From: Chloroflexota bacterium
Lineage (GTDB): Bacteria > Chloroflexota > Limnocylindria > Limnocylindrales > CSP1-4
DNA length: 43,293 nt
Direction of reading: 5' to 3'
Assembly: GCA_017881885.1 (NCBI GenBank)
Contig: JADGQJ010000001.1
Coordinates: 1 to 43,293 of the forward strand
In this document: positions 39,426 through 43,293 of the stretch, one piece after another
Numbering within the stretch: the first letter of the stretch is position 1
How the letters are laid out: each line of letters begins with the position of its first letter
Translations under genes and position numbers: made by a program
The notes under the pieces: model-generated
The model's database searches: none
Told to the model about the DNA's origin: nothing
The model's input: the letters and a program-made list of their open reading frames with translations, nothing else

Positions 39426-40865
39426 GTGGGGGCGGAGGATCTCTTGGCTGACGAAGTCGAAACGGGCGAGTCGACGCTTTCCGAACTCGAACTCTCGGAA
39501 TTGGTCGAGCTGCTGCGATCGCTAATTCGGATCAAGACCGTCAACCCGCCCGGCGACGAGATCCTTGCCGCTCGATACCTGGAGCAGGTCCTCGCCGATG
39601 AGGGGCTCCGGCCCACGGTCGTGGAACCGTTCCCGGGCCGGGGTTCGATACTCGCTCGCGTTCACGGCGACGGGACCGGCGGCGACCCGCTGCTGCTTCT
39701 CTCGCACCTCGACGTCGTGCCCGCGGAGCCGGCCGGTTGGACTCACGACCCGTTCGCCGGCGATCTGGCCGACGGCTACGTCTGGGGCCGCGGCGCCATC
39801 GACATGAAGTCGATGGTGGCGATGGAAGTCCAGGTTATGCGCCGCCTCGCCCGCGCGACGCGTGCGGCCGGCCGTGATCCGGCCTCGGACCCGATCCCCG
39901 GCCTGCGCCGCGACGTCATCTTCTGCTCCTCGGCGGATGAGGAGGCCGGCGGCTGGCACGGCGCCGACTGGCTGGTCAACGAGCATCCCGACTGGCTGAA
40001 GGCCGCGGGCGCACTGAATGAGGCCGGCGGAATCGCCATGAGCTATGGGGGCGTCCGCTTCTACCCGATCCAGGTCGCGGAAAAGGGATTCGTCGTCTAC
40101 AAGCTCCACGTCAAGGGCCGCTGGGGACACGGCTCCGTTCCGACTCCCGACAACGCTGCGGTCCTGGCCGCCCAGATCGTGGCTCGGCTTGCGAAGCCGG
40201 GACAGGCCCGTCTGACCGAAGCGATGAGCGTTTCGCTCGCCCGCGCGGTCCCGCACCTTGTCGCCCACGGCTCCGGCGCGACCTCGGCGCTCCTGCGGCT
40301 GGCGGCCCGGTTCCGACCCGGTGCCATCGACGCCGGAGTGCGCCGCCTCCACGACCCGGTCATGGCCCGCACCATCTCGGCAGTCATCCACGACACCGTC
40401 TCCGTCGGGATCATCCGGGCCGGGGTCAAGTACAACGTCATCCCGGGCACGGCCTACATCGAGATCGACTGCCGGACGCTGCCTGGGACCGACGAGCCGG
40501 CGATGCGCGCCGAACTGCGGCGTCGAATCGGCGAAGAGCTCTGGGCTCGCCTCGAGATCGAATGCGAGCAAGTCGGGCCGTCCGTTTCGGCGCCTCTGGA
40601 CGGGCCGCTCTACCCGCTCCTCGAGCAGGTCCTGCGTGACCACGACGCCGCGGCCGTGCCGTTGCCGTTCCTCGCTCCGTTCGCGACCGACGCCAAACAT
40701 CTGGCCCGCATCGGCGTCCCGACGTATGGCTTCTCGCCACTCAAGACCGGCCGGGACGACGGCCTGCTGGCGCTGATGCATGGGGACGACGAACGGGTCG
40801 GCGTCGAGGCTCTCCGCTTCGGCCTGCCGGTGCTGTGGGACGCGGTCCGGCGCTTCTGCGCCTGA
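39426..40865 (+). CDS. M20-family metallopeptidase (dipeptidase/deacylase-like)
   Basis: LIRIKTVNPPGDE..LLLLSHLDVVPA..GWTHDPF..YVWGRGAIDMK..ADEEAGG.. are M20 metal-binding motifs. A likelier start is TTG 39444, which follows GGAGG with a 6 nt spacer. Confidence 0.85.
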   Translation: MGAEDLLADEVETGESTLSELELSELVELLRSLIRIKTVNPPGDEILAARYLEQVLADEGLRPTVVEPFPGRGSILARVHGDGTGGDPLLLLSHLDVVPAEPAGWTHDPFAGDLADGYVWGRGAIDMKSMVAMEVQVMRRLARATRAAGRDPASDPIPGLRRDVIFCSSADEEAGGWHGADWLVNEHPDWLKAAGALNEAGGIAMSYGGVRFYPIQVAEKGFVVYKLHVKGRWGHGSVPTPDNAAVLAAQIVARLAKPGQARLTEAMSVSLARAVPHLVAHGSGATSALLRLAARFRPGAIDAGVRRLHDPVMARTISAVIHDTVSVGIIRAGVKYNVIPGTAYIEIDCRTLPGTDEPAMRAELRRRIGEELWARLEIECEQVGPSVSAPLDGPLYPLLEQVLRDHDAAAVPLPFLAPFATDAKHLARIGVPTYGFSPLKTGRDDGLLALMHGDDERVGVEALRFGLPVLWDAVRRFCA

Positions 40866-41000
40866 GATCGGGACGTAGAAGTGGCCGGTCACTCGGCGGA
40901 CGCCGGTCGCGGCGCGTCGCCGGCGAGTCCGGCGCCTAAGATAGCCGGGCGTCTCGGGCCTGCTGAGCGGCGAGCGCGGCGCCCCAATGAGGAGATCTAG

Positions 41001-41510
41001 ATGACCGTCGCGCCCTCGGACCGAAACCAGGCCATCGGCGCCGTGATGACCGTCGTCGGTGGCTTGCTCGCCATCGCCGGGACGCTGCTCCCCTGGGAGC
41101 AGATCAATGCCGGTGTCGTGGATTCCAACCGAGCCGGCGCGGCGATGGGCATCGAGTGGGACGACGGCAAGATCTTCGTCTTCGTGGCCATCCTCACGAT
41201 CGTCGCATCCGGGTTCTGGCTTGCATCCGGCCGGCTGCCCGAAGGCCTCGTCGCGCCGGTCGGGCGATTGCTAGGCAACGGCGCGTCCCTCTCGGCGCTC
41301 ACCGGCGGGTACATCGTGTTCTTCGGCTTCCTGAACCTGCGGGATATCGCGGCCCAGGTCGATCGACTCAACGCGGGCGGCGGCGGCATCGCGTCGGTGG
41401 GGGCCGGCATTTACGTCGACCTCGTGGCCGGGGGAATCATCCTCGCCGGCGCCGCGGTCGGGCTCCTGGCCGCTCGCTCCGGTCTCCGCGCCGGCGACCC
41501 GAACGCATAG
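41001..41510 (+). CDS. Small 4-TM membrane protein, unknown function
   Basis: GAGGAG SD. There are four hydrophobic Gly/Ala-rich segments. No family recognised. Confidence 0.6.
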   Translation: MTVAPSDRNQAIGAVMTVVGGLLAIAGTLLPWEQINAGVVDSNRAGAAMGIEWDDGKIFVFVAILTIVASGFWLASGRLPEGLVAPVGRLLGNGASLSALTGGYIVFFGFLNLRDIAAQVDRLNAGGGGIASVGAGIYVDLVAGGIILAGAAVGLLAARSGLRAGDPNA

Positions 41511-41632
41511 GCCACCTCGTCGACGGAGGCCCGCCAGAAACTGACAAACGGCACGCCGGAGAGAGCGTTGCGATCGGATAAGGTGAGCCCAACCGGGCGC
41601 GCCGGCGCCCTCGATCGTCGATCGGGCAGGAA

Positions 41633-41686
41633 CTGCGGGTCCCACCCGCAGGCGCTCCAGTCCCATCTTCTGACTCCCTGGAGGGA
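41633..41686 (+). promoter_or_regulatory. Two hairpins in the 5' leader of the ACT-domain gene, the second occluding the SD
   Basis: CTGCGGGT-ccc-ACCCGCAG (41633..41651). CTCCAG (41655..41660) pairs with CTGGAG (41678..41683), which overlaps the GGAGGGA SD of ATG 41690. Confidence 0.25.
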
Positions 41687-41689
41687 GAC

Positions 41690-42097
41690 ATGGGCCAGCA
41701 ATTCGTCGTTCAACTCCCCAATAGGCCGGGCGAGCTAGCTCATCTCGCAAAGGCTCTGTGCGCTCGAGGCGTCAACATCGTCCAGGTCCATCAGACCACC
41801 GTCGGCGATCTCACGACCGCAGAGATCCACACCAACTGCTGCGACGACGACACGACGGACGTCCTCCGCAGCATGGGTCTCCCGTTCGTGGTCGGAACAA
41901 GCCTGGTAGTCGAGATCGAGGACACGCCCTGTGCCTTCGCCGCGGTGAGCGACAGGCTGACCCACGCCGGGGTCGATCTCGAGGGCTACTGCATCATCGC
42001 TCGAGCCAACGGTATGGCTACCTGGGCAATCTCCGTGGACCGGCTCGATCTCGCACGTCAGGTCCTCGGTATGCCGGCCGCGGGCGTCAGCGCCTAG
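41690..42097 (+). CDS. Tandem ACT-domain (amino-acid-binding) protein
   Basis: FVVQLPNRPGELAHLAKALCARGVNIVQV and LVVEIEDTPCAFAAVSDRLTHAGVDLEGY both follow the ACT beta-alpha-beta pattern. Strong GGAGGGAG SD. Confidence 0.6.
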   Translation: MGQQFVVQLPNRPGELAHLAKALCARGVNIVQVHQTTVGDLTTAEIHTNCCDDDTTDVLRSMGLPFVVGTSLVVEIEDTPCAFAAVSDRLTHAGVDLEGYCIIARANGMATWAISVDRLDLARQVLGMPAAGVSA

Positions 42098-42209
42098 AGC
42101 CACAACCCCGAAGACGCCTTCCAGCGCTCACTCTCGGCCGGTCTATTGGTCGTTCAGCGACCCGCGCGAAGGGTCACCGCGACGGTGGCGCCGGGCGACT
42201 CCGGCAGGG

Positions 42210-43259
42210 TTAGGGCACCCTCGGCCGTGGTCTCGCCGGATCGGGTGAGGGACCGGTGCTGCCGCGAATTACGAGACGGCACGGCAGCAGCCGCTGTACC
42301 AGTTCGGAGGTTTCTTCCTCAAGCTGTCCGATGAGCGTTTCGACGCCCAGGTGGCCGAGTTCTGAGCTGGGCGGCGTCAGGGACGTCAGGGGCGGCAGCG
42401 TCATCTCGGCGACCCGGGCCGACGACGCGACCGAGATGACCGAGAGGTCGTCGGGGATCCGCCAGCCGTGCATGGCGGCGCCTTGCATCACCCCGACCGT
42501 CGCACGCTCGTTGATGGTCACCATGGCCGTCAATTCGGGATGCGCCGTAACAAGCTCCTCGAAGACCTCTTGCCCGGCCAGCGCGGTGTCGCCGCAGAAG
42601 CGGCTGATCGGCATCAGGCCGGCCTCGCGAGCAACCTGATCGAACGTGGCGGCCGCTCGAACAGCCGGCCCATAGCCGGCGTTGAATGCATCTTCGGTGT
42701 GGTTGAGAAAGACAACGTGGCGGTGGCCGAGCCCGACCAGATAGGTCACGGCATCGTGGGTCGTCTGCTCCCAATCGATGTCGGCAAAGCTGAGGTCGGA
42801 GGCGTCGGTCGGTCGCCCGATCATGCTGAATGGGACACTGATATGCCGCAGCAAATCGATTCGCTCGTCGCGCAGTCGAACCTCCATTACCAGGACACCA
42901 TCGACGAGGTTCTGGCGGATGAGCTGCTGGAGCTCACCGACGGCGTGGATCTCCATCGGCCACAGAACCAGGTGGTAGGCGTGTTCCTGGGCGGCCTCTG
43001 CAGCGCCGGTGACGAACTCGAGTTCCGTCGCACCGAAGCCGCGGGGCAGCGCCGGGAACAGCAGGGCGATGATGCGGCTTCTCTTGCTCGCGAGCCCCCT
43101 CGCCAGCGCGTTCGGCTGGTAGCCCAAATCGGCCATCGCCTGCCGGATTCGGAGGCGTGTTTCCTCGGAAACCGGGCGCGTACCGTTGAGGGCATAGGAG
43201 ACGGTGCTCAAGGCGACATTGGCCCGCCGGGCCACCTGTTGCATCGTCGGGGCGGACAT
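42210..43259 (-). CDS. LacI-family transcriptional regulator
   Basis: N-terminal HTH TMQQVARRANVALSTVSYALNG..VSEETRLRIRQAMADLGYQPNALARGLA, plus a periplasmic-binding-protein-like effector domain. Confidence 0.9.
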   Translation of the reverse strand: MSAPTMQQVARRANVALSTVSYALNGTRPVSEETRLRIRQAMADLGYQPNALARGLASKRSRIIALLFPALPRGFGATELEFVTGAAEAAQEHAYHLVLWPMEIHAVGELQQLIRQNLVDGVLVMEVRLRDERIDLLRHISVPFSMIGRPTDASDLSFADIDWEQTTHDAVTYLVGLGHRHVVFLNHTEDAFNAGYGPAVRAAATFDQVAREAGLMPISRFCGDTALAGQEVFEELVTAHPELTAMVTINERATVGVMQGAAMHGWRIPDDLSVISVASSARVAEMTLPPLTSLTPPSSELGHLGVETLIGQLEEETSELVQRLLPCRLVIRGSTGPSPDPARPRPRVP

Positions 43260-43293
43260 CGGAACTCCGGTCTGGCTGGCCTCCCGCCGAGGG

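Overview
This GC-rich window (roughly two thirds G+C by eye) looks like chromosomal DNA from an Actinomycetota-like or Chloroflexota-like organism. It is dominated by core metabolism. A ~22 kb co-directional minus-strand array (30587 down to 7995) holds an envelope module: a DDN-like F420 oxidoreductase, a GT87-like glycosyltransferase and an MMPL transporter. It continues with a fused EtfB-EtfA gene plus ETF-quinone oxidoreductase, a bestrophin-like/DUF4239 membrane protein, a tightly overlapping ilvB-ilvN-ilvC-leuA-leuB-cimA-pheA operon, an orphan KamD-like TIM-barrel protein, a second GT87-like paralog, and upp. The plus strand carries a DUF3795 protein, a uracil permease, a GH3 beta-glucosidase, leuCD, a PadR/DUF1700-like/transmembrane fusion protein, ilvD, an M20 peptidase, a small membrane protein and a tandem-ACT protein. 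An MgtA-type P-type ATPase, an isochorismatase-family hydrolase, a LacI regulator and several secreted or lipoprotein-like ORFs complete the window. I found no rRNA, tRNA, CRISPR array, transposase, integrase or recognisable defence system. The most interesting non-standard signals are: (1) a candidate leader-peptide attenuator with a 68-codon Leu/Val/Ile-run ORF and a canonical terminator upstream of ilvB; (2) the single-polypeptide PadR membrane sensor lying between leuCD and ilvD; (3) the fused ETF and the DDN/GT87/MMPL module; (4) a near-perfect 54-bp in-frame tandem duplication inside mgtA; (5) a ~380 nt hairpin-dense region upstream of leuC. All functional calls come from reading motifs in the translations; no database search was run.
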